From positions 1-64,000 of the forward strand of contig NOWV01000247.1 of the NCBI GenBank assembly GCA_003344405.1: DNA of 64,000 bases, written 5' to 3'. The position numbers were made by a program, and so were the translations under genes. Below, in pieces: positions 1 through 11,375 of the stretch (the first letter of the stretch is position 1; each line of letters starts with the position of its first letter). Below the pieces are notes generated by a model. The model was not told the origin of the DNA, searched no databases, and was given only the letters and a program-made list of their open reading frames with translations. This stretch comes from Trichoplax sp. H2 (taxonomy: Eukaryota).

Positions 1-445
1 GCAGGTTAAGCTAGTCAATCAATACTGTAGTCTACTCGACTCGTTTAGAGATTTATAGCCAATCTTTCTTGTTGTAAAGTATGTTTCTTTCGGACTAAGT
101 GCAACAACACAATTGTCCTTGGTCGAGTAGCCTATACGGGTTAAGCTAGTCAATCAGTACTCTAGCTCTACTCGACTCGTTTGGAAATTTCTAAGCAATC
201 TTTCTTGTTGTAAAGTAGGTTTCTTTAGGACTAAGCACAATCACATCGACTATTACAACTGCCATTGGTAGAGAAGCCTATGCAGGTAAAGCTAGTGAAT
301 CATTACTCTAGTTCCACAAGACTCGTTTGGAGATTTCTAGCCAATTTTCCTTATTATAAAGTAGAAGGTTTCTATGGTCCTCTCTTGGTGTTGGATGTAT
401 TCGTATAGCATTGCTAATGCTATACGGGTTAAACTAGTAAATCAA
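1..445. repeat. Degenerate tandem repeat, ~135-146 bp unit, 3 copies plus a partial
   Basis: GGTTAAGCTAGTCAATCA..CTACTCGACTCGTTT..CAATCTTTCTTGTTGTAAAGTA recurs at ~4, ~139 and ~285, with a partial copy at ~427. Confidence 0.85.
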
Positions 446-1187
446 CGATAATAGAATTCAAGGAAAAAAAATCCATTCACTGCATCACTCTGTTTTGGAT
501 TGCAAGGAGAATTCACTTTGCTAACTTGGGTACTGTACTGTATATAGAATACTGGACACTAATGTGATAGCCTCTGTTTGCTTGAAAGTACGGCACCATC
601 TTTGATATGAGACCTCTTTTGTACTGTATAATCAATTTTGTCTAGAGATTGATATTTTGTTATGGATACTCCTGAATTATTAAAGCGTAATTCTATCTAC
701 ACATGTCCAATATTTAGCTTCAATGCTGTATGCTGTTGTAAAATACTCTACTTGTAGGTTGGTTTTCGTTGTCATTTTTTCTCCATTTTGGAATATGTGA
801 GCGGGAAATGACAATCCTTACAGTGTACAGTACTGCGGTACCGTCGATGTTACACTGTAGACCAAAAGGAGTAGCACTGTCTAGATGCTCATGGGCTCCT
901 CCACATCAGTAGACTTTGTATGGTTGTCATCGATCGCACGACTGTCTTATTTAGAGTATGTGCAGCACCAACGCCGTTCTTCACTTCATACTGTACAGAA
1001 TACAGTGCGTATCCTCCTATTTTGTCCCTTTCGGGCAATGTTTTTCTTTCAAAATACAGTAAAGCTATCCTAGAATGATATATTAGGTTGATGGAGAGAT
1101 TGTGAAAGATCTCAATCTAGTCAAGTTGGAAAGTTAACCTTGCTCTGAAGTTCATCAATAATGGAAGGATGACTGACCGTTACTGTA

Positions 1188-1385
1188 CAGTATGTCTAAG
1201 ATATTTCAGCCGATAAATTTTAACATCCAAAAACAAATAAATTTCGGAAAGTGAACAAATAATACATCAATCGATTATGTTATTTAGCTTTTTCTCTACC
1301 GATTGATGTATAATTTGTGCAGAATAAAGGGATTCCTTGATTTTGCTAGTTAAAATTTATCGGCTGAAATATCTTAGACATACTG
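1188..1385. mobile_element. 198-bp MITE, Tc1/mariner-type (CAGT...ACTG ends, TA target-site duplication)
   Basis: Perfect 37-bp terminal inverted repeats CAGTATGTCTAAGATATTTCAGCCGATAAATTTTAAC (1188-1224) and its reverse complement (1349-1385). TA flanks at 1186-1187 and 1386-1387. Internal imperfect inverted repeat ACAAATAATACATCAATCG / CGATTGATGTATAATTTGT. No ORF. Confidence 0.85.
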
Positions 1386-2239
1386 TACAGTACTGTACTG
1401 TATAGTGTACTGTGCACTGTAGAAAAATGCCTGGATCTGCAACGCCCTTGGACGGATAGACATCGGACCTCCTTCAATCAATCCATTGTGTCCAACACTT
1501 GATCTTACTTTAGTATGCAGACAGTCGGACTGATTTTTTTTTCTAAATTAAGTCATATTCCATCGGCTGTTACGAATAAAGCTCTGTTTCAAAGCAGTCA
1601 ATTAACATCATCAATGTTATTCAAATGAAGACGCGTGATTTTGAAAAGAGACACGCAAGATCTAGACTGGAGTCACTATTTTTTCCCCCATTTTCCGCCT
1701 GATCTGCTGGGAAAAATCCGTCCATCCGGGAGAGCGTTGCAGGCCCAGGCCGTTGTTCCACTACAGGACAATGTCCATCATACAGTATAAAACGTGCAGT
1801 AGGTCCAACGGTACAGTATAGTACAGTGTGAAAAGCAGTGTCAAAGCAGGCACGCCGCAAAAGTTCAACGGGGCTACGCCATCAAAACCACAGGGGCAAG
1901 AAAAGGTCTTGAAAGGTAAATTGAACTTTTCTCTTTGCTTGTTTACAATTGCTTGCAAGCCATGGTTGGATCATGGCAGTTGTTGATCGTGGATTGCGTG
2001 CTCAAATTGATCGTGTAGCCATAAGGGAATCTCGATCAGCAGCATCCATCAAGTCTTGCTAGGCCGTAGTCGAACAGTAGTGTTGGTCATGTTGACACGA
2101 GTCTTGTCGGGCTTGGAAAAAAAACACTTCTCTTGGCAACACATGCAGGTCTCGATTATCCACAATGTTACAGTTCGGCTCTTGACTTTGATGAGGATGA
2201 TGATAGTCAATTTATCCATAGGTGGATGCCTTCCTATCC

Positions 2240-3310
2240 TTGGGTACAACCAGTCAACAACAACGCATGATACTGTACTCATGAGGTACAAGGCGACAAC
2301 AGTCGTTGTTCAACAGTTGCTTCTCTTTTTTCCTTCTGACTTGACAACCAATACGAGCAGTAGGTGCAATGTAGTCTTGACGTCCACTTTGACAGTATGG
2401 CTGGTGCATTGCTTGTTGTTGTGCATGGATTGTCCACAAGTTTTACAGTCGTCATAATAGTAATATTGCATTAACAGTATCAGGCGCTTTTTCAATGTCT
2501 TCTCCAATAGCTAGAGGTTACTATCCTTCGATAGAACCAATCTAGAACAACGCATGATGCAGTATAAATCGACAACATTGAAGCAAAGTTCCTTCTCTTG
2601 ACTTCTTTCCGACTTTCGAGCCAATCGTACCTACAGTATGGCTGATGCATCACTTGTTGTGAATGGATTGTCCACAAGTTTTACTGTCAGCTTAACAGTA
2701 TCATGCACATTTTCAATGTCTTCTCCAATAGCTTGAGGTTACTATCCTTCGATAGAACCAATCTAGAACAACGCATGATGAAGTACAAATCGACACCATT
2801 GAAGCAGAGTTGCTTCTTTTGACTTCTTACCTACAGTATGGCTGATGCATCACTTGTTGTGAATGGATTGTCCACAAGTTTTACTATCAGCTTAACAGTA
2901 ATATTGCGTTAACAGTATCATGCACATTTTCAATGTCTTCTCCAATAGCTTGAGGTTACTATCCTTCGATAGAACCAATCTAGAACAACGCATGATGAAG
3001 TACAAATCGACACCATTGAAGCAGAGTTGCTTCTTTTGACTTCTTACCTACAGTATGGCTGATGCATCACTTGTTGTGAATGGATTGTCCACAAGTTTTA
3101 CCGTCAGCGTAACAGTATCAGGCACTTTTTTAAGGTCTTCTCCAATAGCTTGAGGTTACTATCCTTCGATAGAACCAATCTAGAACAACGCATGATGCAG
3201 TATAAATCGACAACATTGAAGCAGAGTTGCTTTTCTGGAGTTGCTTCTCTTGACTTCTTTCGGACTTTGGAGGCCAATCGTATCGACAGTATGGGCTGGT
3301 GCATAACTTG
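2240..3310. repeat. Tandem repeat array, ~200-220 bp unit, ~4-5 copies
   Basis: TTCGATAGAACCAATCTAGAACAACGCATGATG at ~2527, 2748, 2965 and 3165. GGATTGTCCACAAGTTTTAC at ~2427, 2666, 2865 and 3082. Confidence 0.9.
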
Positions 3311-4609
3311 TTTGGAATGTGTTGTAACATCATTTCTGAATGAGTTGATTTGACCAACGTTGAATCTAGTCTTCTCTGGCCACTATGCACCCATTTTCCA
3401 CTTGAGCAGTTACGCCCATACTCGTTTACCAAACGCTGATAGCTTACAGTAGTAGTATGGGAGAGGATGGAGTGTTGTAGCAGTTCTACTCCACAAGGGA
3501 AGGAAGTTCTACCATCCTTCTCCTAGAAGAACAATCTGCATCAAAATGAGATTGCGATCATGATTGCTATCGTCGATTAAATGGCTCATCTAGTGTTGTC
3601 GTTAAGTTAAACCGGTAAGTAAAGTAGAGACAATCGATCGTAGAAGGTAATATTGCTTGTCGAGTAGCAAACGTGTTGTTGTCTGTCTATTTTCATCGTT
3701 GACGGTCGAGGTAATCCTCCGGATGGGGGTAGCATTCTAGGCGAGTAGTTTTCGATCAAACTCTAGGCGTTATGATGACGATGATAATAGTTTCTGACAA
3801 CAGATGGCTTATTATTATAATGATACAGTATGATAGGGTAGGTAATAGGATGTTAACTTACTCTGATATCATTACTTTCATTATGATCTATATTGCATCG
3901 GATATCATATCCTGCAATGTTGTGGTTAGCGTTTAACATTAGTCATCGATTTATTAGCAGGTCTTGTAGTATATCGCTACTTGAATGACTATGGTCAACT
4001 AGTTTAGTGTAGAGGATGGGCTCGATTCCAAAGGAGTGATCGATATTCAGTCCTAAATTGGAATCAATCCGTCAAATTGCCAACATCGGTCAGGTCCTCC
4101 TACCCCCAAAAAATCCATTTATAGTTGATTCAATCTAGGACAGTGGCAATCGAGGATTGACGATGGTGTTGCAACGCTTGGTACTTGAATCATTATAGTC
4201 AACGAGTGGAGTATAGAGGCCACATTTCAAAAGAGTGATTGCTAGATTAGGTTCTAAGTTGGAATCAATCCACTACATTGCTACTACTACGTTTATCGTC
4301 TCGATCGATGTATACCAGACGTTCTTTCTACGTCCTACAGACACAATCTGTAGTAAGGCAGTCTATTTTGTTTGTGTCCAAGGGGACATGGCGTGTTGAA
4401 AATCTTATGCGCTACTATAGGATAAGATTTTATCAGAATCACTTTGAACCGACTGTATATCATCCCTCTCTATTTTGGATGTCACATATCTCATTCTGCT
4501 TGAAAGGATGGTCAATTACTTGCTGCCGTTGATATAGTTTTGCCACGGAATGAAACTTCATTCTTTAGTGCGCGCTGCTGTACCCAATATTCCAATCCTA
4601 TAAAACTAC

Positions 4610-4983
4610 TTGTTACAGCATTGAATGCATGTAGGATTTGCAATCTTCAAGAATCTTGATATTACATGAATACAGTAGTCATGTAAGATAGGAAATTTTT
4701 CATCAGTATACTGTGGCAGGATAGACAAGGCTTGCAAGCTCTTGTACTTATTTTCATAAGCTATTTGCGTGCTCATGTTAAACGGTACTGCCAGCATGTG
4801 TTAGAGCACTGAAAGCGTGTAGGATTTGCAATGTTCAAGAATCTTGATATTACATGAATACAGTAGTCATGTAAGATTGGAAATTTTTCATCAGCATACT
4901 TTGGCAGGATAGACAAGGCTTGCAAAGTGTTGTACTTATTTTCATAGGCTATTTGCATGCTCATGTTAAACGGTACTGCCATC
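4610..4983. repeat. Tandem duplication, 188-bp unit, 2 copies
   Basis: GTAGGATTTGCAAT..TTCAAGAATCTTGATATTACATGAATACAGTAGTCATGTAAGAT..GTTAAACGGTACTGCCA starts at 4631 and 4819. This explains the twin ORFs 4606-4797 and 4773-4985. Confidence 0.92.
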
Positions 4984-5787
4984 AAGTTCTATGTTAGCTA
5001 TGGAGTCTAATCTGCTAAGAATGTCTATTCTAGATGATTCTACATGATTATACTGGGAATTAGTCAAATAATTCAATTATTTATTGATTTTAGATGATTG
5101 CTAATGCAATTCTGTATTCATAATGTTAGAGAACTAAAGTGCGTAAGTACGTAACGTATTAGTTAGACTTGGAAAGGCATTAATCCCACATCGCTAATAC
5201 ACTCAACCATTGCTATAAGATCTCGCTTACCTCAGTCCGATTAAATTTGATCTTTTTGCTAAAGTTAGCAAAATACTATCCTATCTCACAGCAAAGATAA
5301 CTGATATCTATACTCGTATATATAGCCTTCATCATTCCAAATTTCATTGAACCGCTATGCAAGACATGCACAATGTTGCTAACGCCAACTTTGCTTACGT
5401 ATAACTCTGACAAAGTTATGTCCTAGTGACATAGGGTATCTTACAGTAAGTACATACGAGTGTCAGCGTGGATTACACTTTGAGAGTAATTTTGCCTTTT
5501 AATTCTTGTAGACAGAAGAATAGGTAATTCTTGCCAGGTCATTTATGGTGCCTGGGCTAGGACCTTGCTATCATAATGGTTACTGTATGAGTGAGAAGAG
5601 ATATACCGACGCATTCTTGCTCAAGTTTTTTCTACTATCAACTATCACCGAACGAAGAAGCCTACGCAACTTCTAATCTTGTAGCAGTTGCAAACTATTT
5701 TATTGCATATGTTGCGATTGGTGTACACATTTTTACAAAGCTAAGGGATCTTGATGATCAATACCATTTATACTACGTAATGAATTC

Positions 5788-8700
5788 AGTTGCAGACTCT
5801 TTATCCGCGACTGTAGCCGTCGCTACCAATTCTTTGGTAAAGCCATTCAGTGTGCATCAAGAAAATAATGATAGTAATGTTATTACTGTCGATACAGGTA
5901 CTGTACAAGTCAAATACTTTCTATAGCTTTACAAATTATAAATATTGATATTTTTAAAGCTCATTATGATGTGCATTAAAATATTCTTTTTTTATAATGC
6001 ATTGGTTAAAGCTATTGATACCTGCATCCCATCCAATCAAACATATAACTTCAACGCCTCTATCAATAGCTACAGTCCCAGTGAATTAGATATGGCTTCT
6101 ACAACTGGCACAAATGACTCCTCCATTTTCAATCGCTCCCAATATAAAAGTCATCGCCATGGTGTTGTTGATACCCTTGCTACCATGAGTAATATGGAAT
6201 CATCAACGATGCCGTGCGAAATCAACCATGGAAATGTTGTTACTCTAGTGCAAGATCGAAATGGGGATTATCCTAGAAGTCAAGATAACTGTAACAAAGA
6301 ATATTCTATCAACGATTCAGCTAGCAACGATATGGAGCCCAGCCCGTCCTCAAGTAGTAGCACCAGCAGAGATTACAAAAAATTAAGACCTAACAGTAGT
6401 AGATCACGTAGAGACTACAAGTGTAATATTTGCAATGAGGTATTTAGTAAATCATCCTTGCTAAAGCTGCATTCACTGCAACATACTGGAGAGCGAGCTT
6501 TTAAGGTTTACTTTAGTCCTACTTTTTACTCTTTTTACACGTATACTGTACAGAATATTAAAATTTCCTGCGTGATTTCCTTGAGATTTGAGTGTTGACG
6601 GCATTTTATGTATTATTGCTAGTGTCCTTATCCAGATTGTGGCTGGTCATTTACCACAACTTACAAGTTGAAGAGGCACATTAGGGGACATACTGGGGAA
6701 AAGCCCTTTATGGTATTATATTTTTAATCATGCACATCTTATTGTGATTTATGATCATGTCTGCCAGGAACTTCTAGAAAAGTTCCTTTATCTACTATTG
6801 GATTAGTTTTTAAATTTCAGTTTACGAATAATAACTTTTAAATGTCTTATGTCTATAGTAAGCAAAATTTCTGAACGAGATTGATTTCAATATTCCATCT
6901 TTAATATTAACTGACTTTACTGGAAATACGCGTATGCATGCTCCGTGAAGTAATAGTATTTTTTTCTTTAGTGTACTATCGATGGATGCAATAAACATTT
7001 CACCACTGCGTACAACCTTAAAACTCATCAGCGTAGCCATTTTAAAACTAATACCTTGCAATGTACCGTGGATGGATGTACGGCATCATTTCAGACATTG
7101 CAAAAATTAAAGTCTCACGAACGCAAATATCATTGTAATGGCTCCAAAGCATACAAGTTAGTCAAATTTAATCAATTCTTATAGAATAGAAGTAGATTAC
7201 TTTCTCGAACTATTTAATGTACGATTATTAGCTCAAATTTTAATGTCTTTTATTTCTAATTCACAAGGATTGTGTCTTTGAATCACTAGATGGTGTAGAT
7301 TGCTGAGCTTGATTACATGTTTGCTGTTTAAAAATTTAGGTGCGATGTTAATGGTTGCGGAAAAGAATTTAATGGTATGAACAACTTAACCCTCCACAGT
7401 CGCTCGCACAGTATAACAAAAGTCCATCCGTGCACTTTCCCTGGATGTTCCAAGCAATTCACGAAAGCTTCAAAATTGTCCATACATATGCGTTCTCACA
7501 CTGGAGAGCGACCTTTCAAATGTCCTGAAGATGTAGGTGTATTTGTAAAGTAAATGTATTATGATTCTATCACACTAAAGGGGAGTTAGTTACATTAGAA
7601 ATGCAATCTTATTGAACACTAATGGCTATTATTATTTACATCTTAATGGTTAATTAATTATTTAGGGATGCAACTGGTCATTTACCAGTCCTTATAAGTT
7701 GAAACGTCACCAACGAAAACATACTGGTGAACGTCCGTATGAGTGTACTTACACCGATTGTCATAAAGCCTTTACTCGTTCTAGCCATTTGAAAACGCAC
7801 ATGTTGGCTCATACTGGTGATAAACCTTACAAATGCTTGGCTACTGGATGCGACAAAGCATTTACGGCCAGTAGTAGCTTAAATGTTCATAAGCGTAAGC
7901 ATACTGGAGAAAAGCCATATAGATGTAATTCTGATGGTTGTATGAAGGCTTACACAACTGGAGCAAATTTGAGACTACATCAGAAACGTGATCATGACAC
8001 TGTGATGATTTCGTCGCAAGGTAAGTAATCTGTGATTCTATCAAAGTTTGACATTTGACGTACGTTAAGCATTATGTATTTGTTCTGTTTTTGGAAATAG
8101 ACCAACATATGCAAATAGATTCGGCTTCATCGCAATACGAAAGAATTGAACCGTTGGTTACAGATCCTGAATCTGATGGTGCTGCTCGAAACGATTACAG
8201 GAGATTTTCTGCCTCTGATTTCAACCCTGCAGATGTCACAGCTCTTAGTGAAGCCTTAGATAAAGATTTCGATAGTGATGAGGATACCCAAACTACTGAA
8301 AGTCAAGGTCAGATTTCTTGTAAGAATAGTAACGAAATAGATCATGATGGAGAATTTAACGAGACTGCTGTAGTAACTTCAGGTACCGTTATTAACCACT
8401 ACCACTAATATCGCAAGCGTTGACAAATCAGCAATGTGTTATTCGTTTTTAATATGCCTCGTTTAATCTTACGCTAGGTTATAACGATGAAGTTTCTGGA
8501 TTTGTTATGAGTGACGATAGTGAATCATCCGGTGTCGATCATTTTGCAAATTTCCAACCTGTTTCAAGTGCTCCAGTTATAGATCATCATGTTTCAACAA
8601 GTTCTAATTTAGGCGTTAATGAGTATGCTGATGCAGCACCTACGGGCTACAATGTACGAACTCATGGAAATTTTACAACTAATGGGCTTCACTATCATGC

Positions 8701-9235
8701 CGTTAGCGACTTTACTAACAACGGTAGCGAATTGCATGCCAATGACGTATCTGGAAAGGAATACGGACAGAATACAATGATGAAATCACAATCTAATGCG
8801 GACTATTGTTCACGCACAAGTATTATTAGATCTGCTATCAATCCAAATAATTATGGCGAATATATTGAAGTGGACATGTTAAGTGAACCTCAACCAAACG
8901 ATAGTGTTATGCAAGGGAGCCAGGAAATGACATCTGAGCAGATGCTACAGACACTACGTCCTAGTTGTGAAAATTTAAGTTTTCGTTCCCAAAGTAATCA
9001 TTTATCATATGCTACCGGCGATGATACTTTGAATGCCTTCAATTCTGAAACTGATATAGCAAATGCAGATGAAATGCTACTCTTAGATGAACATCGACGG
9101 CGAGCCAACGCTGTGTCCAATGATGGAAATCCGGAATTCAATGCTGTCTCTGCTCATTACGTATGTGATAGTGGCAGCGATGTTGATGAGCGTCGATTTT
9201 CTACTAGTACCGTAAATCTCAGAGATTTAAACTAG
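5788..9235 (+). CDS. ZXD: ZXD-family (ZXDA/B/C-like) C2H2 zinc-finger transcription factor; 5' end uncertain (possible first coding exon at 5357)
   Basis: Exons ~5788-5897, 6012-6506, 6622-6711, 6972-7156, 7340-7531, 7666-8020, 8101-8382 and 8478-9235 splice to ten C2H2 fingers. These include [48 protein letters not shown] and [18 protein letters not shown], matching vertebrate ZXD finger order. The C-terminus STVNLRDLN resembles the ZXDC end (STINLQDL). Confidence 0.82.
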
Positions 9236-11375
9236 ATATTAATATTATTAATTGATAGGAATAATTATGTTAAGATAAAATTGCAATTTAATAATATTTA
9301 TATCCAAATACTTCAAATACAAGATTTACGTATAAAATGCTTTTCTTGGATATAATTTTTATAAATTTCTACTATATACTATCGTTCTATATGGCAATAC
9401 TTAGCCTTCACGAACACAAAAAATTTATCTTCCTATACATATTTATCTTTTGTACATTAAATAGTTTCAAGTAGAGTACTGATATCTTATTAGAAATAGT
9501 TATATGAGAGGATTTGTATGTATGTATGCAAATGATTTGCCATTATGCATACAAGTTACTACTTTTAATTGGTCATCGTGGATAAGATAGACACCATCTA
9601 TGTACAACGCTGACAAAAGTTTGGCTGATATCTCTCCTATATTGTAAGCGTAGACTTCTGTATCACTTTTATGTGTGGTGTCTGTCATGCATTATTGTCA
9701 ATGCACGTAGTTGTAATGTATAAATGATTTCAGAGTATACTTGACTAGATAGAGGATATTGATTGAATGCTATATGTTAAAATTATATGTTATTTCTCAC
9801 GAGAATGATGCCAAGGTTACTTATTGCCATCCATTACAGCTGTTGTATTCGGAAACAGTTAGAGTAGATAACCGTAAATGTCAAATCACGATAGGCTTTG
9901 AACTGTATGAACGCTTTTTTAAATACAGAATTACTAGCGAAACAAGAAATGCTTGTTGAGTAGGCAGATGCGTAAACTGTATTACCGACACTGAGAATCG
10001 TTTGGTACAAAGATCAATCTACTGATATTGTAGGTTTTAGCATGCGCGTATAGCGATGGAACTGATTAGTTAGTAAAAAGGATAAGGCCTTCCTCTATTT
10101 GCTACTTTTGATGGTGATGGATTTATACTTGGTACAAAGTAAATTAAACGAAGTTTAAGTTTGCTGTTACACAAAATACCTTGTACTGTAATTCATACTT
10201 GTACTCTTTTAATTAATCGCTACTACACATAGGGCTAGGGTATAAGGCAATATTATCTACAGTTGCCATAGTACTTATAATTAGCGTCAGAATTCCACGA
10301 AAGATTACGTGCAAGATGTTAGTGTTATAACATGAGCATTGATTGGTACAAGATGTACATTGAATTAGCCAATCTTTCACGTTCAGAAAGTTACGTTTTG
10401 TTACTGAGGAAATAAGCATCTTTCAGTACGTACAGTATGTGATCCACCTAGGAGCCCTATAAAGCTGGGCATATGATACATATAATAAATATCTAGATTG
10501 ATCATAGACTTTGAGTAGCAATTATAAGTGATTGTAGTACTATGTCACCATTGCAATATTTTGTCATAATTAAATATATGACCGATGTTGGAGTACGTAT
10601 GAAGCCTATTTAAAAGCATCACGGTTATTCGACCGACTAGCTGCTATATTACGTTGGGATTCAGAGAATATCTAGTACAAGTAAATCTGGATTTATCTTA
10701 TAAAAGAATTTACAATAACATTTCAATAGAGATATATTATCGGATAACAAGGCATTCAGAGCCATAGGCAAACGAGTAGAACGTAGGCACATTTAATCGA
10801 GTATTTACATTTATTATTGGCATACACGTAGATTAAGTAATGTAAGCCGGCTATGCCCAAAAGTAGACTTTCAAATGGTTATAATTGCAAATTTTGTGAG
10901 AAAGAGAGATCAAGGTGTCCTGACAAAGTGACAAACTATAGATTAATTTTTGCTACAGTAGTAGTTTTTGTAACTTCATAAATAATATACCAAAGTGATA
11001 GAAATAAACTAAGAACTAATCAAAGCAAATACATTTGGCTGATAGTCTTACAATGTACTGTATATAAACTGTAAGTATGCCGTGATTATTCTTTTAGTAT
11101 AGGTTGATGCAAAGATTTTTGTTTTAATAATGAGTTATACGGGATAATATAAATAGATAAAAAATAACGTAAGGATTACGCTAAAGTAGAAGTTTGCAGA
11201 AAAATGATTTCGGAAGTATGGAAAGATAACATTAGAAGGATTAGACAATATTAATTGATTAAGACGAAAAATTTTAGCATCTGATGCTAGTTCTAATTGT
11301 GCTCGATAATAATTAATTAAATAAAACCAGGATTACTACCATTAGTTTTCGGTATTATTATTTTACAGGGGGTTG

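Noticed and set aside
2049..3432. Several overlapping 60-133 aa ORFs
   Set aside because: They derive from the tandem repeat, have frame-breaking indels between units and show no recognisable domain.
9236..11375. 2.1-kb convergent intergenic region with short ORFs
   Set aside because: No homology, repeat or structure was recognised. It is probably 3' UTRs and spacer.
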